64,000 nt of DNA from Eledone cirrhosa (GCA_964016885.1 OZ024750.1:25482001-25546000); one strand, 5' to 3'; shown: positions 28,031 to 40,464, counted from the first letter of the stretch. Made by a program: numbers and translations. Notes: generated by a model not told the origin, from the sequence alone.

Positions 28031-28063
<33 letters not shown>

Positions 28064-28149
28064 GTATGTATATCATCATCATTGTTTAACGTCCACTTTC
28101 CACACTAGCTAGCATGTGTATGCATATATATATATGTATATGTGTGTAA

Positions 28150-28180
<31 letters not shown>

Positions 28181-28495
28181 GATATATATATATAGATATA
28201 TGTGTGTGTGTATGTATATGTGTGTGTGTATATATATATGTATATGTGTGTATATATATGTGTGTGTGTTTGTGAGTGTATATATATGTGTGTGTATATA
28301 TAAATATGTGTGTGTGTATGTGTATATATATGTGTGCGTGTATATATATATATATATGTGTGTATGTGTGCGTGTATATATATATGTGTATGTGTGTATA
28401 TATATATATGTATATGTGTGTATATATATATATATGTATATGTGTGTGTATATATATATGTATGTGTGTATATATATATATATATATGTATGTAA

Positions 28496-28543
<48 letters not shown>

Positions 28544-29035
28544 TTTTTTTATTTTATGTTTAACATAAGAGAATTGTTTGAAATAGTTAACAGTATAGGC
28601 AGCCATGTTTACAGGTGTAGATATAGCAGAAGAGTTGTATATCTAATGACTTAGAGCAAGTAGTGTTTCATAACCATTTTACAGTGTTCCACCACTCCAC
28701 ACCACTTCGCTAACACCCACACCACTTCGCCAACACCCACCCCACTTCGCCAACACCCACCCCACTTCTTTACTATTTCACTGTCCCAGTTCCCTTCAAT
28801 ATATGATAAGAAAATTTAAAAATAAAAAAGAGAAAGTAGTCTTATACCCCACATATTCTATTGCTTGGCAGCAAGAGTCTTGTATTAATTAAATGTTAGC
28901 ATCCTTAAAATCAAAGTTTAAGAAAATAAAATCTACCAAAGACAGCCTAAATAATAAATAAATAAAGATCTAGAGTTTCTCAACATAAAACAACTTCTGT
29001 ACTGGAATATCCAAATGTTTTCAGCAAGTTAATTA

Positions 29036-29798
29036 TGAGGAGGTGCTGAAAAGTTCCTGGCTTTGGGTAAAAGAAAATACAGGAATATCAGTTAATTATG
29101 ATTTTATTCAACATTAGCTGAATGACCCGGTGTTGCCTGTGTTACTGCTGTTCTTATTCAGATTAGTAAACAATAAATATGAAGATATATATTTTTTTTT
29201 CTCATAATTCTTTCAAAATATCTATATTTTATAAAAATATAATTGTAATGATAATAGAATTTAGAAATGAAAATCTGTCAATCTTGAAGCACCTCAGGAT
29301 AACCGATATTCATAGTGTCAACATGTGTAGATGTGTGTGTATGTTTAATTCTCTGTGTATCTGATTAAATATTTACATGAATATATGTGTGTATGTAAAT
29401 TACTAAGGCCTAACGTACGTAGCAAACACGCAGACCCATACACACTCATATACAAAATGTGACATCATCGTCATGTTATAAAATATCCCTTTATTATAGT
29501 TGACTATAGAAAGATTATTTTAGACAAAATGTTATATTGTTTTAATCCAAATGAAAATAAAAATTACATGTTGTTAATCCCAGGGTCAAATACCTGTTAA
29601 AATTTTATTTAATTTGGTTGAGCCGTTTGAGAATCCATAAGGAAACGACAGACAGAGAGACAAAGAATTTTATATAGAGAGAGATATTCCCCTCTCAGAT
29701 TCATACACCTATTGCAGTGGTCCTACCTCCCTTGTAAAGGTAACAGCTCTACACTTCCACGATACTGTTAAAGCCAGGAACTTTTCAGTACCACGTCG
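29036..29798. mobile_element. mariner-type MITE interrupted by a Helitron
   Basis: TA|tgaggaggtgctgaaaagttcctggcttt ... aaagccaggaacttttcagtaccacgtcg|TA. Confidence 0.85.
29114..29684 (-). mobile_element. Non-autonomous Helitron
   Basis: The minus strand starts A|TC, ends with a GC-rich subterminal segment (ggcaacaccgggtc) and CTAA|T, and has no TSD. Confidence 0.75.
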
Positions 29799-30027
29799 TA
29801 TAGATGTAAAAGTAAATAAGTTGAAATCTGACTATTAAGACAATGATGTCTCTTAATTAATTAGTCAGAAGATAATTAACGTCTACACTTACAGTTAAGT
29901 GATCAGAACTAGGAAGAATATACAACTGTGGAAATGATGCTTCAGCAATTTATGCAAGGTTGAAATTTGTAGATACATCCAACCTATGCTAATAGGGGTG
30001 GGAAATATATTTAAAAAACTGAGTAAT

Positions 30028-30830
30028 TTTGTAATGTCAGTCACATGTAGCAAAAGTATATAGTCTAACAGCTGTAATGTCAGCCACATGTAGTAAAGGT
30101 ATATAGTCTAACAATTATAATTGTTTCTACTTTTGGCACCAGGCCAGCAATTACCCAGTGTATTACTGGTACTTTATTTTATCGACCCCGTAAGGATGAA
30201 AGGCAAAGTTAACCTCGGCAGGATTTGAACTCAGAATGGCAAGGGCCGTAACTCTATGCGTCAAAGCATGGCGTCCGACCCTCTACCGATACTGCCAATC
30301 CACCGCTATAATGTCAGCTACATGTAGCAAAGGTATATATACTAACAATTGTAATGTCAGTCACATGTAGGAAAGGTATATACACTTCCACAATTGTAAT
30401 GACAGCCACATGTAGTAAAGGTATATACACTTCTACAATTGTAATGTCAGCTACATGTAGTAAAGGTATACATTTCGACAATTGTAATGACAGCCACATG
30501 TAGTAAAGGTATATATACTAACAATTGTAATGACAGCCACATGTACTAAAGGTATAAACACTTCCAAAATTGTAATGGCAGTCACATGGCGGAAAGGTAT
30601 ATACAACACAACAACTGTAATGTCAGTTACATGTAGTAAAGGTATAAATTTCAACAATTGTAATGTCAGCCACATGTAGGAAAGGTATAGATTTCAACAA
30701 TTGTAATGTCAGCCACATGTAGGAAAGGTATAGATTTCAACAATTGTAATGTCAGCTACATGGTGGAAAGGTATCTATACTAATAATTGTAATGTCAGTG
30801 ACATGTAGTAAAGGTACATACTTCAACAAT
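30028..30830. repeat. ~44-bp minisatellite interrupted by SINE B
   Basis: attgtaatgtcagccacatgtagtaaaggtata repeated. Confidence 0.9.
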
Positions 30831-31799
30831 ATCTATCTTCTTATAAAGAAGACAAAAGAGAACAGCAATAGATTTGATTAGAGAAAATTAAGTACAATCA
30901 GATGACAATAAATAAAAGTATTTTTAACTCTTAACATCCTGTAATGATTTAGTAGAAATGTCTAATAATGGTTTGTGTCTTAGACTCAAGGCCAGCAATT
31001 TTGGGGGGAGGGGAAAGTTGATTAAATCGACCCCCACTATGTTACTGGTGCTATATTTTATCAACCCATTAAGGATGAAAGGCAAAGCTAACCTAGGAGT
31101 GGGTTTGAACTCAGAACGTAAAGGGCGATAACTCTGTGCCGCAAAGCATGGTCCGACGCTCTACCGATACTTCCAATCCACTACCATTCAGAAAATATCT
31201 AATAATTGTTTCTACTTTCGGTGCAAGGCCAGCAATTATCCCAGTACATTACTGGTACTTTATTTTATCGACCCCCGTAAGGATGAAAGGCAAAGTTAAC
31301 CTCGGCGGGATTTAAACTCAGATCATAAAGGGCCGTAACTCTATGCTGCAAAGCATGGTGTCTGATGCTCTAGCAATACTGCCAATCCACCACCTTTATC
31401 TAATAATGTTTGTTAGTTCCAATGTTTATATTACCAGACAGATTATTGTGAAAATTTACTTTTATTAGAGTAAAAACTTCAATTTAATGTAATCTGGCCA
31501 TTGTGTTGTTTAATATTTTTCAAGAATGTCTTACTAATGTGATTATTGTAAAAAATTGTAGTATTAGAGTAAAAGCTTTAGCTTTTAATGTGATGCAGTC
31601 TAGTGTTGTTTTACACTTTTCAAGAAAGTTTTGCTAATGTGGTTTTATGTGGTACAGGACATTAAGAGTAAAAGTTTTATTTCATATAGATTAGAAATAA
31701 ATTCAAAGCCATCAGATATCTTTACCGATTCTTCGTTATTCCAATAAAAGTGACACTATAAACACATGCTCAAATGAATGAAATTCAATGCAGAATCAA

Positions 31800-33080
31800 G
31801 TATTTTGAAATCAGAAATATGTTGACAACAATCTTGAGTATGAGATAGGTTTTGGATTTTAAATTAGAAATATATATTATTGATAGCCTTGAGTATAAGG
31901 TAAATTATGACTTTTAAATTAAAAATATACATCGTTGTTAGCCTTGAGTATAAGGTAAATTATGACTTTGAAATTATAAATATATATTGTTGACAGCCTT
32001 GAGTATAAGGTAGGTTTGAATTAGATATATATCTTGTTAACAGCTTTGAGTATAAGGTAGGTTACAACTTTTAAATTAGAAATATATATTGTTGACAGCC
32101 TTGAGTATAAGGTAGGTTTTGATTTTTGAATTAGATATATATCTTGTTAACAGCTTTGAGTATAAGGTAGGTTACAACTTTTAAATTAGAAATATATATT
32201 GTTGACAGCCTTGAGTATAAGGTAAGTTTTGATTTTTGAATTAGAAATATATATTGTTGACAGCAAGTTATATATCTAATTTAAAAGTCATAACTTGCTG
32301 TTAATAATATATATTTCTAATTTAAAAGTCAAAACCTACCTTATACTCAAGGTTGTTAGCGATATATATCTAATTTAAAAGTCATATCGTTAACAGCCTT
32401 GAGTATAAGGTAGGGTTTGACTTTTAAATTAGAAATATATATTGTTAACAGCAAGTTATGACTTTTAAATTAGATATATATATATTATTGATAGCTTTGA
32501 GTATAAGGTAGGTTACAACTTTTAATTTAGAAATATATATTCATCACCCGGTCTGAGAATTGAACTCACAATCAAAAGGTTGTGAGTTCAATTCTCAGAC
32601 CGGGTGATGTGTTTTCTTGAGCAAGACACTTTATTTCACATTGCTCCAGTTTACGCAGCTGTAGAAATGAGATGATAGGGACTGGGGTCCATATCATTCC
32701 ACTGCAAAGTGGTCGTGAGGTGCCACGGCAAAAAAGCACCCAGCACTCACTGTAAATGAGGTTGGTGTTAGGAAGGGCATCCAGCTGTAGAAATAAAGCC
32801 AAAATCAGTTTCCGTCCCACCCTTGCAAGCAGGGAAAAAGCAGACGTAAAATGAAATGATATATTGTTGCTAGTAATCTTTAGTGTAAGCTAGGTTTTGA
32901 CTTTTAAATTAGAAATATATTTTGTTGACAGCAAGTTATAACTTTTAAATTATATATATATATATATATATTGTTGATAGCTTTGAGTGTAAGTTAGGTT
33001 ACAACTTTTAAATTAGAAATATATTAGATATATATATTGTTGATAGCCATGTTCTAGTATATGGTAGGTTACGACTTTTG
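31800..33080. repeat. ~55-bp AT-rich satellite with an internal inversion and a SINE A insertion
   Basis: ttttaaattagaaatatatattgttgacagccttgagtataaggtagg repeated; inverted at 32269-32383. Confidence 0.85.
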
Positions 33081-33238
33081 CGAAAATAGTTTTCACTTCT
33101 CTTGTGTTGGTGTTGGGGTGTGGAGTCTTTCCCTCAGTAATTTATTAGTTTCCAACTTTGTTCCTCTTTTTCGCTGACCTTTAGCTCAGTCTAGAACCAC
33201 CAGCAGTTGTATTATTTTGGATTTATTCATCATCTTAA

Positions 33239-33459
33239 CCCTTTAGCATTTAAACCGGCCATATCCGGCCAGAATTCTCTCACCTCATTCTGTTGAAACT
33301 GGCTGTAATCGGCAACTCATATTGATGTTAAGGTATTGTTCACAAAATAAATAATATCAAAATCTCATAGATTTGATATTATGTGAGATAATTATGTGAG
33401 GTAAAACCTTTACTGTGAAAATATAACTGTAAATATAGAGTAATGTAAATGCTAAAGAG
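33239..33459. mobile_element. piggyBac-like MITE; copies at 6478-6705, 19695-19912, 22702-22923, 24275-24495, 50244-50810, 50811-51528
   Basis: TTAA|CCCTTTAGCATTTA ... TAAATGCTAAAG(G/A)G|TTAA terminal inverted repeats with a TTAA target duplication. Confidence 0.85.
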
Positions 33460-34451
33460 TTAAGGATTTCCTGTGCCATAGATATTAAAACATTTTGATT
33501 TAAGTTTTCCAAAATTCTAAATATGTCCAACCAGTTGTCAATAATTCTCTTTGCTATATGTAAACAATATTTCCTTCTTATTTCTATAACAATTCTATCA
33601 TCATCATCATCATCGTTTAACATCAGCTTTCCCTACTAGTAAGGGTTGGACAAGATTCTTTCAATGGATTATTATTATTATTAGTATGGCGATAGATTGG
33701 CAGTAACCATAAAGTGTTGAACAATATGCTTTTCAGCATAGAGTTATGGCCCTTTATGTTCTGTGTTCAACTCCTGCTGTGGTTAGCTTTGCCTTTCATT
33801 CTTACAGGGTCAATAAAATAAGGCAACAGTTACATACTGGGGGTCGATTTAATCGACTTCTCCCTTCCCTTCAAATTACTGGCCTTGTGCCAAAAGTAGA
33901 AACAATTATTATTATTCGGACTAGCAGAATCGGCAGAGCGTCGGAAACTCTGCTTCGCAGCATAGAGTTACGTCCCTTTATGGTCTGAGTTCAAATCCTG
34001 CCGAGGTTAACTTTGCCTTTCATCCTTACAGGGTCGATAAAATAAAGTACCAGTAATGCACTGGGTAATTGCTGGCCTTGTGCCAAAAGTAGTAACAATT
34101 ATTATTATTATTATTGACAATATCGGTAGAGAATCAGACAAATTCTTAGGTATCGACCCCGTAAGGATGAAAGGTAAAGTTAACTTCGGCGATATTTGAA
34201 CTCAAAACGTAAAGGGCCATAACTATATGCCACAAAGAATGGTGTCCGACGCTCTACCAATTACTGCCAAATCTACCTGAATAATGAAAATCTATTTTTA
34301 CTTTTACAGTAGGATGTGATTTCATTGAGATTTGGCCTTTCAAGTTAAAACAGACGAAAGAGTTCGGGTATAATTCTTTGAGAATTCCTAGCTTTTATTT
34401 CGCAAATGTCCCATTATATAGTCTGTATTTCAATCGTTATTGTAATATAAA

Positions 34452-35035
34452 TATATATGTTTCTTTATTAGCCACAGAGGCACAAAAGAAGGAGACAAAT
34501 ACAAAGAGGGAAGTTTACATACAATAAAAATGTGTAAAATATTATCACAAATGTAATTTAAAAGTTAATCGATTTTCCCCAATAGGGGGAGACATTTCAT
34601 ATGGGTAACACATACCCCCGAAAAAAATGTGCAACCCTCATCTCCAGGAGTACGGAGAGTTTGTACCCCTTTCCTCTCTTCCTCAACCTACAGGCTGATA
34701 TAGAGAGAAGGCCCATTCACTCGGGCCATTCTCGACACTTTCACCCACCTTTCATAAAACTTGCTGGGGTACAGCACCTCTCTCTCCATCCTGATTCTTC
34801 TTCCAAAGTGGTATTTGAAAAAAAGAATCAGTTGTTGGCCGGAGAGAAAGGTGTCTGACCTCAGCCCTTTTAACTTCGTCCACCATACAACCTCTTTCGC
34901 CATAGCTATCACACAAAGGAAAACCGCCTCTCCTTCGTTTTTGAAGGAGGGTGGCGGTTTGATTATGACAATGGACTCGGTGGTCAACTGGATTGGTCCC
35001 ACCCGCGACAATAGTCGTTCTACATATATAATAAT
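34452..35035 (-). mobile_element. L1/Tx1-like LINE 3' end (ORF2 C-terminus + 3' UTR)
   Basis: VIAMAKEVVWWT...FFKYH..RRIRMERE..FYERW resembles Tx1-type C-termini. aataaa lies near the end, which abuts a TA tract. Confidence 0.6.
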
Positions 35036-36354
35036 ATATTTATCCTCAACAAAGACACAGAATGCTTTGGGACAGTTGATATTAACCCTCAATATTCTAA
35101 TGGTACTTACATTATCGACCAAAAGTAATGTCTAACAATCGTCGTGTGTGTGTGAGTGTATGTACGTGTGTATGGGTGTAGTAACATTTTTTTATAAAAT
35201 ACCACCTTACATTGTGAGTGTGTATGTATGTGTGTGTCTGTGAATGTGTGTTATACACATCACGAAGATATATGTCTGTCTATGTCCGTATGTGTGCGTG
35301 TATGTGTGTGTCTGTATTCTACACATCACGAAAATGTATGTCTGTGTTTGTATGCGTATGTCTGTGTTTTAAACATAACGAAGATGTATGTCTATATCTG
35401 TATGCCTGTGCGTGTGTGTCTGTGTGTCTATGTGTCTGTAAGTGTCTGTATTCTACACATAACGAATATGTATGTCATAGGTTAAGGTAAATATTTTTGG
35501 TCTAAACACACAACTGATGAAAGTGTTAATATAAATTGTAAATTACGCGTAAGACACAAGCAGAATGTTATTCTACATAAAGTGGGTAAAGAATGGTAAA
35601 AAAGAGATCATATTCTCTGGAACATATTATACATATTTCCTTCGCATTTCATCTTCAAAATTATAAATTATTTACTATTAACAATATCATATCTAAACCG
35701 TGTATTCCGCTACTAAATTACGTTAAACATTTAAAGAATTACATCCGAACAGCTCCCAGTCGTTCGTTGTTGACATAGATTCTATCGTGGACAGCTGTTA
35801 TGAAGTCACCTGTAATGACTTATAGCTGATGCCATCAACCAAAGAATGGAAGATAACTAAACACCTAACATTATTGATAACAATATATATTTCTTATTTA
35901 ATGACCGTGTCTTCTCACACCTTTACTTTCTTATTCTTCTTTATTTTCTCTTTCAATTTAATTTCTGTTCATTTATTTCTTTTGTAAATCCATTATTTCT
36001 TAATATGAGTTCAAATCCTGCCGAGGTTAACTTTGCCTTTCATCCTGACGGGGTCGATAAAATAAAGTACCAGTAATGCACTGGGTAATTGCTGGCCTTG
36101 TGCCTAAAGTAGAAACAATAATTTCTTAATATTTTTACCTGTCTATATATATATCCAGCAATCCTGGATATATATATATATATATATATCAGAATGGATT
36201 CAGTAAAAACCAGTTAGACGATTACTTACCAGAGTACTCAATACTTGACGGATTCGGGACCCCGACGGCCGAGCACCTGTCTTTTCAATAGCTAGATCTG
36301 AGTTCGGATCTAGCTGTTGAAACGGCAGGAACTCAGTCGTCGGGGTCCCGAATC

Positions 36355-36602
<248 letters not shown>

Positions 36603-36640
36603 TTGTACTTCAATACACACACACATATATATATATATGT

Positions 36641-36849
36641 ATGGCTGAGTGGTTAGAGAACTGGATTCACAATCGTGAGGTTGTGAGTTCGATTCCCGGA
36701 CCGGGCGATGCGTTATGTCCTTGAGCAAGACACTTTATTTCACGTTGCTCCTTCTACCTGGAGTTGCGACCGATAGATAGTATTAGCAATTGGAAAGACC
36801 AATGGAAACATTGTTACCTCGGTCCGATTTGACGAAAGTCGATCGACTG

Positions 36850-36850
<1 letters not shown>
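36641..36850 (+). mobile_element. CORE-type SINE with a different 3' tail (family A2); copies at 7345-7554 (-) and 20590-20829 (-)
   Basis: tggctgagtgg...gttcgattcc head, CORE start, then ttgcgaccgatagatag...ggtccgatttgacgaaag in three copies. Confidence 0.8.
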
Positions 36851-36884
<34 letters not shown>

Positions 36885-36886
36885 TG

Positions 36887-37085
36887 TTATTTTATAGAAG
36901 GAGCTTCTACAGGACTAGTACTGTTTCATTCAGATGAAATCTTCAGGAAGCTTCCTGAAGATTTCATCTGAATGAAACAGTACTAGTCCTGTAGAAGCTC
37001 CTTCTATAAAATAAAAAAATTTTACTCTGCCATGTATTGAGTACCTTACTTACTGTGGTTATCCCCGACTCAACCCGGGACCTAC

Positions 37086-37086
<1 letters not shown>
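36887..37086 (+). mobile_element. Penelope-like pLTR remnant: 128-bp perfect palindrome containing a type I hammerhead (36949-36999 and mirror on -) plus a one-sided tail
   Basis: AGCTTC-CTGAAGA-tttcatctgaat-GAAACAG-tactagtc-CTGTA/GAAGCT; tail with tactct...gtattgagtac; flanked by (TA)n. Confidence 0.7.
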
Positions 37087-37118
<32 letters not shown>

Positions 37119-37168
37119 CATGAAGTACAATGGGTTATAATTTACTTCCCATATTCCTGATCACTGTT

Positions 37169-37224
<56 letters not shown>

Positions 37225-38227
37225 GGCACGCTAATCTTGAAATTCCTTAACATATCCGGAACATCATGTAATGTGGTGTATAGTTAGAATAAAGCTTTAC
37301 ATGTTTTAAATAAATAAATATATTCAATTTTTAAAAATCTATTATGACTGTTTCTAGTATCGAAAACAATTATAAAAAAATTATCGAAAATATTGGCTTT
37401 AATGGATAAGGTAAACAAAATATTGACCTGATAATTGAATTGAAATCCGTAATTAACAGGAAATAATCTTTAAATAATTTACCTTCAACTCTTGTCAAAT
37501 AATAATTTTATTTGATCTTCGTTCCTCTTTTAAACATTGTCTGTGTTTAATGCCAGGTTTTAAAAAAAACCGTTTCTTTGATTGTCAAATAGATGTATTA
37601 ATATTGCGATGTGATGTTGACAACGGAATACCGACTATAACACACACACACACACACACACACGGACATATATGTATATGTGGGTATATATATATATACA
37701 TATATATGTGTGTGTGTGTGTGTTTCACGTCCGGTTATTGAAATGGTTTAAGTTTGACCGTCGGGCTCCCCAACCTATAATACTTATATATGTGTGTGTG
37801 TGTGTGTGAACATATATATGTGTTTGTGCGTATGTTTATATCGTTTAATCAGTGTCAGTTTGTTAACGTTCTATATGGATATTTGAAAATGTTCCGTAAG
37901 TTGTAACATAAAATAACAAAACAGATCTAGGCTTAGAGAAAACCTAGAAATAATGAAACAGGTTGTAAAAGGAGTTACAAGAAGCTAACATCAACAAGCG
38001 GTTTTCTTTCTCTCTTGTCAAATCTTTAGCAGACGGCTAACTTCTCCATTCTTCTTTCTTTCTCTCTAAACAAACTTTATGTAGCGATAATTCAACATAA
38101 GTATCACAAAACAATCAAGTCATAAATAATCATATTAAAGATTTATAATCTACAAGATTTAAATTACTCGAGAAAATCTGTAGAATTAAAATGAAGAATT
38201 ATGAAGGAATAAGTTCCCTGTACTCAC

Positions 38228-38266
38228 CTTTTCTTCATGCATTTCATTTTCACAAGTTTCCGCCAT
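38228..38266 (-). CDS. ARL6IP1: ARL6IP1 coding exon 1 (MAETCENEMHEEK)
   Basis: Minus strand reads aaaATGGCGGAAACT...GAAAAG|gtgagt: good Kozak context, 39 nt, canonical phase-0 donor. It joins in frame to the 6937-7073 exon. Length and phase resemble the short first exon of vertebrate ARL6IP1 (MAEGDNRSTNLL). Confidence 0.75.
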
Positions 38267-38500
38267 TTTCCTGGGTGTTTATTGAAAGTTGAAGAGCGAG
38301 CACCTGCAGGAGACCTACTCTGGGAATGATAGAATGAACTACTAGGTGTTCGCTTGAAACAAACTGCTATTCTAGAATAGGCTGCTTATAAACGCCAAAT
38401 TGGCACATAAACGAAAAACGATGCAGCGAAGAACAACAGGTTCACAGAGTTTCTAGCATATATCGATTACATCGCTTTACAGGATGACCGGTGACGGTTC
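38267..38500 (-). promoter_or_regulatory. Putative 5' UTR/proximal promoter of ARL6IP1
   Basis: Unique, non-repetitive, relatively CpG-containing stretch directly upstream of the ATG. The TSS cannot be determined. Confidence 0.4.
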
Positions 38501-38876
38501 AACTATTGTTTATTTATTTAGCTATCTATCTATATATTGATCAATACCTGATTGTTGTTTTAGATCACTAATTTAATTATTATCGTTGTTGTTATGACAC
38601 TCGACAAGTCTTAATTAACTTGATGAAATAATAATAATAATTATTATTATTATTGTTGTAGAGATGTAATGATATTTACTATTACACATAACACATGCCA
38701 GTAACAGGTTGAATTTGACGTTTTGCGGTATGTACTTGGTTGCGGCAGGATGCGGAGTTCGATTCCTGCATACATTTTGTTTTCTTCTTATATATATATA
38801 TTATTTTTTTTTGTCTTCTCATATATATTTTTCCTCTTCTTATATATATTTTCCTCTTCTTATATATATTTTTTCT

Positions 38877-38912
<36 letters not shown>

Positions 38913-39077
38913 GGAGGTGAGTTTTATTGTAGCACAATAAAGCAATGCAAATATATCGGATAAGTAGCACTCTACAGTTTGTAGGACTGGAGTATAAATA
39001 ATATAAGATCAAAAGATGGTTAAAAGAGTTCCAAGTATTTTATTATGCGTATTTCAAAAACAAATATCATCATGGGA

Positions 39078-39134
<57 letters not shown>

Positions 39135-39226
39135 CAATGAGTTATTTAATTTGTTGGTTATTCAAATAGAACTTAAAACGATAAGTTCTTGTTTTGAATA
39201 TGTCACTATCTGTAAAACAACTTTTA

Positions 39227-39288
39227 TATTTTATCTGATGAGAGCGTACCAAAAATATTGGTACCCTTGAAATATATATAATAAAATA
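39227..39288 (+). ncRNA. Minimal type I hammerhead ribozyme motif
   Basis: Stem I tattttat/ataaaata (8 bp), core CTGATGA, stem II gagcgtaccaa/ttggtaccctt, GAAA, 2-bp stem III with palindromic ATAT loop, AUA cleavage triplet at 39278-39280. Confidence 0.75.
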
Positions 39289-39329
39289 AATATGGTTTTA
39301 TAAAGATAGTTTCCATTTATTAATATTAT

Positions 39330-39396
<67 letters not shown>

Positions 39397-39397
39397 A

Positions 39398-39587
39398 AAT
39401 ATAGAAATGGCTTCTACAGGACTAGAACTGTTTCATTCGACGGAAATCATCAGGAAAACCGACTGATGATTTCCTTCGAATGAAACAGTTCTAGTCCTGT
39501 AGAAGCCATTTCAATATTAAAAATTTATACTCTGCTATGTATTGAGTACCTTACTTAATGTGGTTACCCCCGATTGAACCCGAGATA
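39398..39587 (+). mobile_element. Second copy of the same palindromic hammerhead family
   Basis: 56-bp arms with 2 mismatches and a 9-nt spacer; CTGATGA...GAAACAG...CTGTA/GAAGCC; same tail. Confidence 0.7.
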
Positions 39588-39641
39588 CACACACACACAT
39601 ACACACACACACACATATACATGTATATATATATATATACA

Positions 39642-40385
39642 TATCATCATCATCATCATCATCATCAGATTTAGCGTCCGTGTTCCACGCTTGCATGGGT
39701 TTGGACGGGGGTTTTCCCACTTGAGGCAAGAGTGGTTGTCTTGCTCGCATAGGACTGTCTGGCGGGTTTTCTACAGTTGGATGCCCTTCCTAACACCAAC
39801 CACATTTACAGTGTGGGGCTGGGAGGTTTTTACCGTGTTGCCTACACGGCCACATTACAGCGTGGACTGTCTGGCGGGTTTTCTACAGCTGGATGCCCTT
39901 CCTAACACCAACCACATTTACAGTGTGGGGCTGGGAGGTTTTTACCGTGTTGCCTGCACGGCCACATTTACAGCGTGGACTGTGTGTTTTTTTGTCGTGA
40001 CACCTACACGATCTCATTTGTTTCGGCCTGGATGTTGTGGGACCAACATAACTTTACATTGAAAGGGGCGGTGTGGATGGGGTGGAGGTGGTGGGACGGT
40101 GTGGATGGGGTGGAGATGCCCAACTGCGCAGAGGGTTCTATAGAAATAGTGGACAGCTTCCGTTACCTGGGTGACAAAATCAGCAGTGGGGAGGGTGCTC
40201 TGAAAGTACAGTAGCTAGAGTCAGAACTGGATGGAAAAAGTTCAGAGAGCTTATACCACTATTAGCCGCTAGAGGGTTCTCACTAAAAATGAAAGGCAGG
40301 TTATACGATGCCTGCATACGAACAGCAATGCTGCATGGCAGTGAGACCTGGGCATTGTGTGCAGAGGATATACGCAGACTAGAGA
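39642..40385 (-). mobile_element. RTE copy with 5' inversion: 3' UTR on minus (39642-40120) plus ORF fragment on plus (40121-40385)
   Basis: 39660-40120 matches 44460-44806. 40121-40385 encodes NCAEGSIEIVDSFRYLGDKISS...EDIRRLE and matches the reverse complement of ~45180-45441. Confidence 0.85.
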
Positions 40386-40464
40386 TGTGTGTGTGTGTGT
40401 CTGTCTGTATATACATACATACACACACACACATTTAAGCAAATTGGTACAATAATTGCTTATA

